64,000 bases of DNA, from NCBI GenBank assembly GCA_045803545.1, contig JBJMOW010000005.1, forward strand, positions 1,376,001 to 1,440,000. The letters run 5' to 3'. The translations under genes were made by a program, and so were the position numbers. The stretch is from Gemmatimonadaceae bacterium (lineage in GTDB: Bacteria > Gemmatimonadota > Gemmatimonadetes > Gemmatimonadales > Gemmatimonadaceae). Of the stretch, positions 38,589-47,332 are shown in pieces. The notes under the pieces are model-generated. The model had not been told where the DNA came from, searched no databases, and saw only the letters and a program-made list of their open reading frames with translations. Within the stretch, counting starts at the first letter, position 1; every line of letters begins with the position of its first letter.

Positions 38589-39062
38589 ATGAGCTCAACT
38601 CGCGCACCGGTCGTTCCCCTTCATTACGCGTATATCAGCAGGCGGTTGCTGATCGCCCTCCTCATTGGACTATCGGCACCAACAGTCACCTACGCGCAAA
38701 CCGGAAGCAGCGCGCAGAACGGCCGCGATACGCTCCCGGACTATGTCGCAAGGCGGGCGCTGGAAGCGTACAACCGCCATGACGTGACGGCGATGGCCAC
38801 TTACTACGACACCGTCTTCGTCCACGAGCTGCTCGGCGATTCCGCCGGACGATACAAGGGGACGCCAGTGCAGATGTTCGAGGGGATGTCGGACTATCTC
38901 ACGAAGAACAAGGTCAGCGTGGAGCTCAAGCAGCAGATCGTGAGCGGGCGGTATGTAGTGCAACTCTACGACTTCATCGAGAATGGCAAGCGAACGCCCC
39001 ATCTCGAGATCTACGAGATCCGCAACGGCAAGATCGTGCACGACTGGGATCAGGGGCCATGA
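38589..39062 (+). CDS. Secreted SnoaL/NTF2-like protein
   Basis: GGAGG RBS, signal peptide, RRALEAYNRHDVTAMATYY, IYEIRNGKIVHDW. Confidence 0.75.
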   Translation: MSSTRAPVVPLHYAYISRRLLIALLIGLSAPTVTYAQTGSSAQNGRDTLPDYVARRALEAYNRHDVTAMATYYDTVFVHELLGDSAGRYKGTPVQMFEGMSDYLTKNKVSVELKQQIVSGRYVVQLYDFIENGKRTPHLEIYEIRNGKIVHDWDQGP

Positions 39063-40282
39063 TTGAGGACAATACGATGTGCATGACGCGGCTTGGTTGC
39101 CTGACCGCTTGCATCACCATTTCGATCCTCGTCGTCGCTTGCGGCGGCGGAGATTCGCTGTCAGGGCCCGACACTCATCTTACGGTAACGGCTCAAACGG
39201 AAGGTACGCAGGTCGACGCCGACGGCTACAGTGTACAGGTCGGAGCGAGCTCCCCGAGTGCGTTGGGAGCGAACGGCGCGATAACCGTCAGTGGTGTAGC
39301 GACGGGCGCAGTGTCAGTCACACTTAACGGCATCGCACCCAACTGCGCGGTGACAGGCGACAATCCTGTCACCGTCCAGGTTCAATCCGGGCAACAGGCG
39401 ACGGCCGCTTTTCACGTGGTCTGCACTGCGACGCCCGGCGGGTCGTACCGCATCGCGCTCATGACCAACGCCGACCCGACTGGATCCAGCAACTCGTACG
39501 ACATCAGCGTCATGAACAGCGACGGATCGCTGACATCGCTCACGAAAGGGAACGGCTTCTATGACGCCTTTCCAGTGTGGTCGCCCGACGGCCAGAAAAT
39601 CGCCTTCGTATCGAACCGCGACGGGGCTCTCAACATTTATGTAATGAACCAGGATGGATCGGGCGTCGTGCGTCTGACCAGCACCCCTGCGCCGCAACAA
39701 GATCGGTTTCCCGTTTGGTCGCCGGACGGCTCAAAGATCGGCTTCGAGAGTAATCGGACGGGCGGTAGTGAGATTTATCTCATGAACGCAGACGGCTCGA
39801 ACGTTGTGCAGCTCACTAACAACTCCGCGGGCGACAACGATCCCAGCTTTTCTCCGGACGGTACCAAGATCGTCTTCGTCAGCAATCGTGATGCTCCCAG
39901 CCCGAATCCGCCGTACGGCCACTGGGAACTCTACGTCATGGGAATCGACGGGTCAGGACAGACGCGCGTGACCAATGATGCCGCCATGGCATTCCGGGGA
40001 GTCTTCTTTGGCCAGAACAAGATTCTGTTTGACAGCGATCGTTCGGGCGTAACAAACATCTACGTGATGAACTCGGACGGGACAGGCGAGACTCAGTTAA
40101 CGAATAATTCGACTGCCACTTTCCTACCTATACCATCTCCTGACGGCGCGCGAATCATGTTCAGTGTCGCGAGCCAAAACCACGCGGAGACTTTCACAAT
40201 GAACCCGGACGGTACGAGCGTGACCGCTCTTACCCGCCCACAAGATGGCGTTATAAACCTCGGGTATTCCTATCGAAAGTAG
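39059..40282 (+). CDS. Lipoprotein with an Ig-like domain and TolB/PD40 beta-propeller
   Basis: Lipobox VVAC, repeated PVWSPDG.KI.F.SNR...IY.MN.DGS. ATGA overlap with the SnoaL gene. Confidence 0.85.
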   Translation: MIEDNTMCMTRLGCLTACITISILVVACGGGDSLSGPDTHLTVTAQTEGTQVDADGYSVQVGASSPSALGANGAITVSGVATGAVSVTLNGIAPNCAVTGDNPVTVQVQSGQQATAAFHVVCTATPGGSYRIALMTNADPTGSSNSYDISVMNSDGSLTSLTKGNGFYDAFPVWSPDGQKIAFVSNRDGALNIYVMNQDGSGVVRLTSTPAPQQDRFPVWSPDGSKIGFESNRTGGSEIYLMNADGSNVVQLTNNSAGDNDPSFSPDGTKIVFVSNRDAPSPNPPYGHWELYVMGIDGSGQTRVTNDAAMAFRGVFFGQNKILFDSDRSGVTNIYVMNSDGTGETQLTNNSTATFLPIPSPDGARIMFSVASQNHAETFTMNPDGTSVTALTRPQDGVINLGYSYRK

Positions 40283-40328
40283 AATCGTTCGAGACGAAGG
40301 CCCTCCCTTACTCTCACTGGAGGTAGCT

Positions 40329-41300
40329 ATGCGAACGGCGCTCGCTCACAGAGTAACGACGATACTTCTCTCATTACTCCTTGCCTGTCAACCTGATGCC
40401 GCTGGACCGCGGCCTTCCGCGAACGTGCAGGCGAATTTCTCATTTGCACCCGACGGCTGGTCGGAGCCGGTGAACATGGGTCCGATCATCAATTCCACCG
40501 GCGGCGACGTGAACTCAGCGCTTTCAACCGACGAGCTGAGTCTTTACATGACGTCGAACCGAGCTGGCGGTTTGGGCGCGACCGATATCTGGGTGGCGCA
40601 CCGCGATTGCATCGGTTGCGACTGGCAAGTACCGGTGAACCTCGGCGAGCCCTTCAACAGCGCGGGGCAGGACGCGGGCCCGAGATTGTCAAACGACGGA
40701 CACCTTCTCTTCTTCCAAAGCGATCGCGGACGGAATGCGGGCATCTCTTACATCTACCTCTCGCGACGCGATAACCCCAACGACGACTTTGGCTGGAGCA
40801 CGCCAGTCCTCCTCGGCCCCGACGTCAACACATCCGACGGAAACCAACAGGCTGCCTTCTACCTGCAAAGCGCCGAAGACGGACCGGGAAATTTTTATTT
40901 CAATCGGTCGACGCTGGCCACGCCGCAACCGGAGATCTACACCGTAGCGATTACGCGCGACGGTCAAACTTTGGGACCGGCGGTACTCGTCCCGGAGCTC
41001 AATGTCGCCGCGTCCAACGATCAGCACGTCACGATGCGGAAAGACGGGAGAGAGATTTTCTTCTCCTCGGATCGCGCCGGCGGTTCCGGCGGATTCGATC
41101 TGTACACGTCGACCCGCCGCAGTGTACACGAGCCCTGGTCCACACCAGTGAACCTCGGCCCGTCGATGAATACCACCAGCAATGACATGCAGCCAAGCCT
41201 GTCCGCCGACGGTCGCACGCTCATCTTCTCCTCGAACCGGCTGGGTGGTTACGGAGCGAACGATCTGTGGATTTCCACACGATCGCCCGGCAATAACTGA
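40329..41300 (+). CDS. PD40 (WD40-like) beta-propeller lipoprotein
   Basis: Lipobox LLLAC, repeats WS.PVN(L/M)GP..N...D...P.LS.DG..L.F.S.R.GG.G..D(L/I)W. Confidence 0.85.
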   Translation: MRTALAHRVTTILLSLLLACQPDAAGPRPSANVQANFSFAPDGWSEPVNMGPIINSTGGDVNSALSTDELSLYMTSNRAGGLGATDIWVAHRDCIGCDWQVPVNLGEPFNSAGQDAGPRLSNDGHLLFFQSDRGRNAGISYIYLSRRDNPNDDFGWSTPVLLGPDVNTSDGNQQAAFYLQSAEDGPGNFYFNRSTLATPQPEIYTVAITRDGQTLGPAVLVPELNVAASNDQHVTMRKDGREIFFSSDRAGGSGGFDLYTSTRRSVHEPWSTPVNLGPSMNTTSNDMQPSLSADGRTLIFSSNRLGGYGANDLWISTRSPGNN

Positions 41301-41353
41301 CGCGTAGTGCGCAAAAAGCCCCCCTTCGGTGGCGTGTGGAACCGAAGCGAATG

Positions 41354-42208
41354 CTAGCCGGCTGCTTCGAGTAGCGCGTCCCGACCGGGTGCGAATTTTC
41401 TGAGATACTCGGTCGGGCTCGCTGCGCCTACCCGTCGAAAGTCGCGCACCAGATGTGATTGGTCCGAGTATCCCGCCTCGGCCGCCAATCGCGACCAATC
41501 GACTCCGCTAGAATCGCGAAGTTTCCCGAGAGTCCATAAGAACCGGGCGATTTGTGCGTATGCTTTCGACGAGATACCGACGTAGCGAGTGAAGGAGACA
41601 GCGAGGTGCTTTCTGCTGACGTCGAGCTCCTGGTGCAGATCGGCGACGCGCAGCGAGCCATGGGTGGATTCGATTCGTTCGACTGCTTCGCGCACAAATT
41701 CAGGAATCGCGCTGTCGCTCAAGCGCCCACTCAGAAAGTCTTCGAGGATCATAAAGCGGGCTGTCGGAGAATCCGCGGCAAGAAGTCGATCGCGAAGCGC
41801 ACCCGCGTCCGCGCCAATCAAAGTCTCGAGATCGACGATCGAATTCGCCGCACTCGGCGCAGCAACGCCCAGTATTTGAGTCGCGCCGAGCGGGTGCAGG
41901 CGAATCGAGACCAGGTGAGTGCCTTCGAGCGACTCGATGAAGATCGAGCGTTCCTGCAGGCCGGAGAACCAGCTGCGCTCCCAGAGTCCCATTCCGGATC
42001 CCTCGAACACCCGGTGTGCCGGCCCGAGGTTGAACATGATCTCGACGAATCCGTTTGGAAGCAGCGCCTCGCGGAATGGCGAGAGTCTGCCTTTGACTTC
42101 CCAGTATTCCTTTACGATCCCCGCGAAATGGTCAGCCGGCTGCGCGCGCGTGAGCGACCACGTGCCGAGCGAAGTGGTATGTCTGATTTCGTCTAAAAGC
42201 CGCGGCAT
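41354..42208 (-). CDS. AraC-family transcriptional regulator
   Basis: LLPNGFVEIMFNLG N-domain, SRKHLAVSF...VG, WSRLAAEAGYSDQSHLVRDFRR...SPTEY. Confidence 0.9.
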   Translation of the reverse strand: MPRLLDEIRHTTSLGTWSLTRAQPADHFAGIVKEYWEVKGRLSPFREALLPNGFVEIMFNLGPAHRVFEGSGMGLWERSWFSGLQERSIFIESLEGTHLVSIRLHPLGATQILGVAAPSAANSIVDLETLIGADAGALRDRLLAADSPTARFMILEDFLSGRLSDSAIPEFVREAVERIESTHGSLRVADLHQELDVSRKHLAVSFTRYVGISSKAYAQIARFLWTLGKLRDSSGVDWSRLAAEAGYSDQSHLVRDFRRVGAASPTEYLRKFAPGRDALLEAAG

Positions 42209-42264
42209 AAGAAAATGAATGTACGCGCGGTGATGCTCCGGGCTTCTGGGCGATCTTTCCTATG

Positions 42265-42597
42265 TTAGCCGGCCGACGTCTCGGCGGCAGTCAACGGCGC
42301 GCGGGTAATGGCGCTATGATCGGCAAGTACGTCGAACGTCTTCGCCGAGATGTTGCTCACGGCTGGACTCGCCTTGAGCGCCGCTACGATTGGACCGCCA
42401 ATGTAATCGCGAACCGCCTCTTCGCTTTCGAAGAGGTATATCCCGCCGGCTTCATTCTTCTCCTCGTTCATCAGCCACACCTTCCAGAGGAGACCCGGCG
42501 TATCAGCAATCGGCTGGGTCGCGCCAAGCCAGGCGGTTTCCAGATCTGCGCGCGGGATGCTGAAGTTCATATTCACTTGCAGTATTTGTTGTGACAT
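42265..42597 (-). CDS. ydhR: YdhR-family putative monooxygenase
   Basis: ILQVNMNF, IADTPGLLWKVWLMNEEKNEAGGIYLFESE, FDVLADHSAITRAPL. Confidence 0.85.
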   Translation of the reverse strand: MSQQILQVNMNFSIPRADLETAWLGATQPIADTPGLLWKVWLMNEEKNEAGGIYLFESEEAVRDYIGGPIVAALKASPAVSNISAKTFDVLADHSAITRAPLTAAETSAG

Positions 42598-42719
42598 TCG
42601 TCGCTCCGGTTACTTAGACGTGCCGATTCCGCAGTCATAAGTCAAGACACATAGACAACGTCCGGGCGCGTGTTAATCCGACGCTAGTCTGTCTGTGCTC
42701 AGACCGCACAGACTGGCGG

Positions 42720-43445
42720 ATGCGGGCGGCATACTATAAGGTAGGAACTCCCCGTGCCGGACGAGAGGACGCTACGAGTGACAGCGTGCGATCGGCCAGT
42801 CTTCCCTATCCCCTGTCGCGATTGCAAAACGCGACCGGCTCGACAGAGTGCGACGCTGTCTGGGACGAGTTCCTCGCCCAGTACAGCGACACCGTACTCC
42901 ACACGTGCCGATTAGTCGCGCACGATCGCGACGCGGCAATGGATGCATACGCACACTCGCTCGCAGCTCTGCGCGAGGATGAGTGCCGCAGACTCCGCGC
43001 GTACGTTCCCGCGCCCGGTGTACAGTTTTCGTCGTGGCTGGTCGTAGTCACACGACGCCTCGTCCTCGATTACTTCAGACAGCGCTACGGACGCTCTCGC
43101 AGCAAGGACACTGATCGCCAACAAGCTCAGACAACGCGAAGACGCCTCGAGGATCTCGTAGCCGATGAAATCGATCCCGATCAGATCGTCGGTGAAACGC
43201 AGGCGCCAGATGCTCTAATACGTAGACGGGAGCTCGAGCTGGCACTGACCCGCGCGCTCGACGAGCTCGACCCCGCTGATCGCTTGCTACTCGCCCTTCG
43301 GTTTGAGGACGAGCGACCTGTACGCGAAATCGCACGTACTCTTGCTCTGCCCAGCGTTTTTCACGTCTATCGCCGCCTCGGGGTGGTGCTGTCCATGCTC
43401 CGCCGCGCTCTCGAGAACCGCGGCGTGGATGCGGCTGAGCCATGA
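42720..43445 (+). CDS. ECF RNA polymerase sigma factor (triad 1)
   Basis: Sigma region 2 (AWDEF-like WDEFLAQY...FSSWLVVVTRRLVLDYFR) and region 4 (LDELDPADRLLLALRF...VREIARTL). True start may be GTG 42786. Confidence 0.88.
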   Translation: MRAAYYKVGTPRAGREDATSDSVRSASLPYPLSRLQNATGSTECDAVWDEFLAQYSDTVLHTCRLVAHDRDAAMDAYAHSLAALREDECRRLRAYVPAPGVQFSSWLVVVTRRLVLDYFRQRYGRSRSKDTDRQQAQTTRRRLEDLVADEIDPDQIVGETQAPDALIRRRELELALTRALDELDPADRLLLALRFEDERPVREIARTLALPSVFHVYRRLGVVLSMLRRALENRGVDAAEP

Positions 43446-43454
43446 AGCTTTCTC

Positions 43455-43478
43455 CGCAAAACCGGCACATCGGTCCGT
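43455..43478 (+). promoter_or_regulatory. ECF-type promoter motif copy 2
   Basis: CGCAAA-accggcacatcg-GTCCGT in the 72-nt gap between sigma and anti-sigma. Confidence 0.7.
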
Positions 43479-43517
43479 TCGAATGAGTGACTGGAACTCC
43501 AACGGACAGGTGACGGA

Positions 43518-44117
43518 ATGGCGATGCAGCTGGCCGAGGCGGTCCGCGTGACCGACCAACATCTCGACCCGCGGGAAGTCGCGGCGTATGTCGATCGTGC
43601 TGCAACGCCGAGCGACCGAGCGCGCATCGAATCGCACCTCGCAACCTGCGCTGAATGCCGCGCCGAGGTGAGTGATGCCGCGCGGATCATCGCCACTCTG
43701 CCTCGTTCACGCGGCGCGCGTCGAAGCGTGATTGTCTCGGCGGCTGGAATCGCGGCAATGGTGCTCGTGTTCCTATGGCCTCGCGTCGACCGTGATAATA
43801 CCGGCGGCCAACATCGCGAATCTGCAATCACCACAACAGTCTCGCCGGTGATTCTCACACCGGTTGGCGCAGTCGAATCGGCGAGTGTCTTCACGTGGTC
43901 GTCGGTACCGCACGCCAGCCGCTACACCGTTCAAGTCTTCGACTCCGAGGGATCCGTGGTCTGGCGTGGTGAAGCCGCGGACACCGTTTTGGTGCCACCG
44001 CCGGGCATCACGCTGAAAGCTGGCCGGCCCTACTACTGGAAGGTGGAAGCACAAACTGGATTCGAGCGCAGTGCTTCGACCGATCTCGTCGAGTTCTCCA
44101 TTCGTGGGCCGCGCTAA
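43518..44117 (+). CDS. zf-HC2 (ZAS) membrane anti-sigma factor with extracytoplasmic FN3/Ig-like domain (triad 1)
   Basis: H...AAYVD...ESHLATCAECR (HxxxCxxC), TM helix VIVSAAGIAAMVLVFLW, FTWSSVPHASRYTVQV...YYWKVEA. Confidence 0.85.
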   Translation: MAMQLAEAVRVTDQHLDPREVAAYVDRAATPSDRARIESHLATCAECRAEVSDAARIIATLPRSRGARRSVIVSAAGIAAMVLVFLWPRVDRDNTGGQHRESAITTTVSPVILTPVGAVESASVFTWSSVPHASRYTVQVFDSEGSVVWRGEAADTVLVPPPGITLKAGRPYYWKVEAQTGFERSASTDLVEFSIRGPR

Positions 44118-47100
44118 TGAGGCGCGCTGTCATCTTCCTCACTCTCAGCATTTCCACGGGCGCGAACGCGCAAGTCGCCCATCTGCGCTCGCTGATCGAA
44201 AGCAATGACAGCGCCGCGCTAATCAATGAGGTGCGGCGCCGACCAGGCGACGCGCGTGATCTGATGGGCGATCTCATTGTGCAGGCGGGTCGCGCGCACA
44301 CGATCGATAGCGACTCGATCATTCGCGTCTCGTATCGACTGGCATCGGCATATAGCACCGTGTGGGACGATCCATTTCCGATAACGAATCTCGCCCGCTT
44401 CAGTCGAATGAGCGCGGACCAGCGCCGAGCCAAAATCAGTGCCGATAGCCTGCGGCTCGCCGGCAACCGCGCGTTTGGCAAAAAGGGAGTCAACGCCGCC
44501 GTCGCCTTATGGCGAGACGCAATTCGACGCTCACGCGCGATCGCGGATACGCCCGGCGTCGCGGCGGCGACCGGAAATATCGGCTCCGCGTTTTATCACG
44601 CCGGCGAGCTCGATAGCGCCCAGTTATATCTGACGCGCGCTCGCGAGATCGCCGAATCGATCGGCGATCGACGCACTGCCGGTAACGCGCTCGGCACCCT
44701 GGGGAGCGTCGCCAAGGATCGCGGGGACCTGCGTGTGGCGCAGCGATCGTACGTGACAGCGTTGGAACTGCGCAATCGAATCGGCGATGTCGAGGGTGCG
44801 AGTGCCGATCACAATAACCTTGGGTTGATCGCCAGCTCGCTCGGTGACGCGAACGATGCTCGCGCCCATTTCACGGATGCACTTCGCATCGCGCGGGACA
44901 ATGACCTCGAGGACGCCAGTGCCACTGCGCTGGTAAACCTGGGCAACCTTGCCAGCAACGAAGGCGACTACGGCAAGGCATCGAAATCGTACCTCGAGGC
45001 GCTCGCTTTGAATCGACGGCTTGGTAACGATGCAGATGCTGCACTCACTCTGCACAATCTCGGATTGCTGGCGTTGCGTGCGGGGGAGTATCGCACCGCC
45101 CATAACCGGTTGCACCAGGCTCTCGCGATTTTCCTGCGTGTCGGCACAACGGAGGATCTCGTGCAAATACGCAGAGACCTCGCGTCAGCGGAGGCGGCGA
45201 TGGGTAACCTGCACGAAGCTCTCGTGCAGCTTCGCCGCGCCGGGCAACTCGTCGACAGAATGCCTCGCGCGTATGAGTTGGCCGGCGCAGTCGCGCTCGC
45301 GGAAGCGGACCTCGCGGTAGAACTGACTGATTTTACCGATGCCGATCGCAAATACGCCCGTGCGCAAAGCCTTTACCACCAGGCCGGAGACGCCCGCGGT
45401 GAGGTAGAGGCACGCGAGGGAACCGCGAGTCTTCTCATCCAACGGGAGCAATACCCGGCTGCGGAAGCGCAGCTCGAAGCCGTACTGCGCGCACAAACTG
45501 CCGCCGGAGAACGTCGGTCGGCCGCGCTCACGCGTCTCTCCCTTGGCCGGGCATATCAGCAGGCGCTCGATACTACGCGTGCACGGCGGCTAATGCGACA
45601 GGCGCTCGATAGTCTGCGTGGGCTTGGTGATGACATTGGGCAGGCAGCGGCCTTTCTCGCGCTTGGCGATCTCGAGCTCGCCACCGGTTTTGGGCTCGCC
45701 GCAGAATCGCAGTACCGTAACGGATTAATCCTAGTCAAAACGCATGATGTACCGGCGTTGTCGTGGCAGCTGCACGCCGCTCTTGGCGAGGCGCTGCACG
45801 ATCGAGGCGCTGCATCCGCTGCGGCTACCGAGCTGCGCGCCGCGATTGCTGACGTCGAGCGCCAGGCTCGCTCACTTCCGACTGCCGAGCGTCGCTCGAT
45901 TTTCCTCACCGACAAATGGGAACCCTATGCCCGGCTCGCGCTCATCGAGCGCGAGCGAGGCGATGTTGCAGCTGCGTTCGTTGCCAGCGAACGGATGCGC
46001 TCCCGTCAGATGCTGGAGCTTTTCAATCGCGGCAGCGTCGCGCTTGCCGCTACGGATTCCGCTGTCATCGAGCGTGCTCAGACTCTTCGCAGTCGAATCG
46101 CTGTACTGACAGAGCGTCTCGAGAAAAGAACCGCATCTGGCGGACTGCGCGGCCCTGACTTAGCCGACCACGCGAGCGGTGTGACGCGAGAAGCGCTGGC
46201 ACAGGCACAGGGAGAATATCAGCATGTGCTGATTGAGCTGAATGACAACCGGATTGCGCCGAGTGGCGGCACGGATGTGAGCCAGTGGAGGAGTATTGCG
46301 GCGCACCTGGCGGGTGATCAGGCGCTGCTCGAATATCTGGTAACCGATTCAACGACCCTGGTGTTTGTCGTGAAATCGGACACTATCCAAGCGCTCGACC
46401 TCGGCGTTGGCAGGCGAGCGCTATTGACGCTGGTCGATTTCGCCCGCGGTACTCTCGATGGCTCGAACAGAGGTTCGTCGCATGCGGCGTGGCGCGCGCC
46501 ACTGCGGAGATTGTACGCGCAGCTCATTGCTCCAGTGGAAGAGTCCGGATTACTCGACGACGTGCACCAGCTCGTGATCATTCCGCACGCCGATCTTCAC
46601 TACCTGCCCTTCGCCGCCCTGTTACGGGGGCCGACTCGCGATGAGTTTCTGGTTCAGCGGTTTGACATCGGCTACGCTCCGTCGGCCTCATTGTGGCTGA
46701 AGCTGAATGCGCGAGGATCGTCGGCCAGCAACAGGGTATTGGCGCTGGCTCCGCTCGCGAAAACGCTGCCCGGATCGGCAGATGAAGTTGTCGCTATAAA
46801 ATCGTTGTACGGCACTGACGCGACGATTCTGAGTAACAGCGAAGCGACCGAGAACGCATTCCGCATCAATGCGGATCGTTTCGGCATTGTGCATCTCGCC
46901 ACCAATGGCGTACTGAATCGGCACAATCCTCTCTTTTCATTCGTCGAGCTGACCGCCGATCCCGCCAACGATGGTCGGTTGGAAGTCCACGAAGTGTTTG
47001 GCCTGACGCTTCATGCACGGTTAGTCGTTTTGAGCGCATGCCAGACAGCGCTCGCATCAGGTGCCGTCTCTGACGTGCCCGCCGGTGATGACTGGGTCGG

Positions 47101-47332
47101 GCTTGCCCGGGCATTCCTTGGTGCCGGCGCAGAGCACGTGATAGCAACGTTGTGGGCGGTGGAAGATCGGTCGACGGCCAACGTGATGAGACGCCTGTAC
47201 GAGCGGTTGCGGGCGGGCGATTCGGTGGTTGGTGCCCTATCAGAGGCACAACGCCAAACGCTGCGCAATCCGGGTACTTCCAGTCCGTTCTATTGGGGAG
47301 GCTTCATTTCAGTTGGAGGGAATGGACGGTGA
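44117..47332 (+). CDS. Secreted TPR-CHAT (caspase-like) protein (triad 1), catalytic His replaced by Asn
   Basis: Signal peptide MRRAVIFLTLSISTGANA|Q, TPR array (NNLGLI, NLGNL, HNLGLL), CHAT motifs IIPHADLHYLPFAAL, VHLATNG, LVVLSACQT, ATLWAVED, PFYWGGF. TAATG overlap with the anti-sigma. Confidence 0.9.
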   Translation: MRRAVIFLTLSISTGANAQVAHLRSLIESNDSAALINEVRRRPGDARDLMGDLIVQAGRAHTIDSDSIIRVSYRLASAYSTVWDDPFPITNLARFSRMSADQRRAKISADSLRLAGNRAFGKKGVNAAVALWRDAIRRSRAIADTPGVAAATGNIGSAFYHAGELDSAQLYLTRAREIAESIGDRRTAGNALGTLGSVAKDRGDLRVAQRSYVTALELRNRIGDVEGASADHNNLGLIASSLGDANDARAHFTDALRIARDNDLEDASATALVNLGNLASNEGDYGKASKSYLEALALNRRLGNDADAALTLHNLGLLALRAGEYRTAHNRLHQALAIFLRVGTTEDLVQIRRDLASAEAAMGNLHEALVQLRRAGQLVDRMPRAYELAGAVALAEADLAVELTDFTDADRKYARAQSLYHQAGDARGEVEAREGTASLLIQREQYPAAEAQLEAVLRAQTAAGERRSAALTRLSLGRAYQQALDTTRARRLMRQALDSLRGLGDDIGQAAAFLALGDLELATGFGLAAESQYRNGLILVKTHDVPALSWQLHAALGEALHDRGAASAAATELRAAIADVERQARSLPTAERRSIFLTDKWEPYARLALIERERGDVAAAFVASERMRSRQMLELFNRGSVALAATDSAVIERAQTLRSRIAVLTERLEKRTASGGLRGPDLADHASGVTREALAQAQGEYQHVLIELNDNRIAPSGGTDVSQWRSIAAHLAGDQALLEYLVTDSTTLVFVVKSDTIQALDLGVGRRALLTLVDFARGTLDGSNRGSSHAAWRAPLRRLYAQLIAPVEESGLLDDVHQLVIIPHADLHYLPFAALLRGPTRDEFLVQRFDIGYAPSASLWLKLNARGSSASNRVLALAPLAKTLPGSADEVVAIKSLYGTDATILSNSEATENAFRINADRFGIVHLATNGVLNRHNPLFSFVELTADPANDGRLEVHEVFGLTLHARLVVLSACQTALASGAVSDVPAGDDWVGLARAFLGAGAEHVIATLWAVEDRSTANVMRRLYERLRAGDSVVGALSEAQRQTLRNPGTSSPFYWGGFISVGGNGR

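Noticed and set aside
41324..41347. Terminator between the convergent PD40 and AraC genes
   Set aside because: A 7-bp stem (CTTCGGT/ACCGAAG) with a 10-nt loop and no adjacent U-tract is too weak to call.
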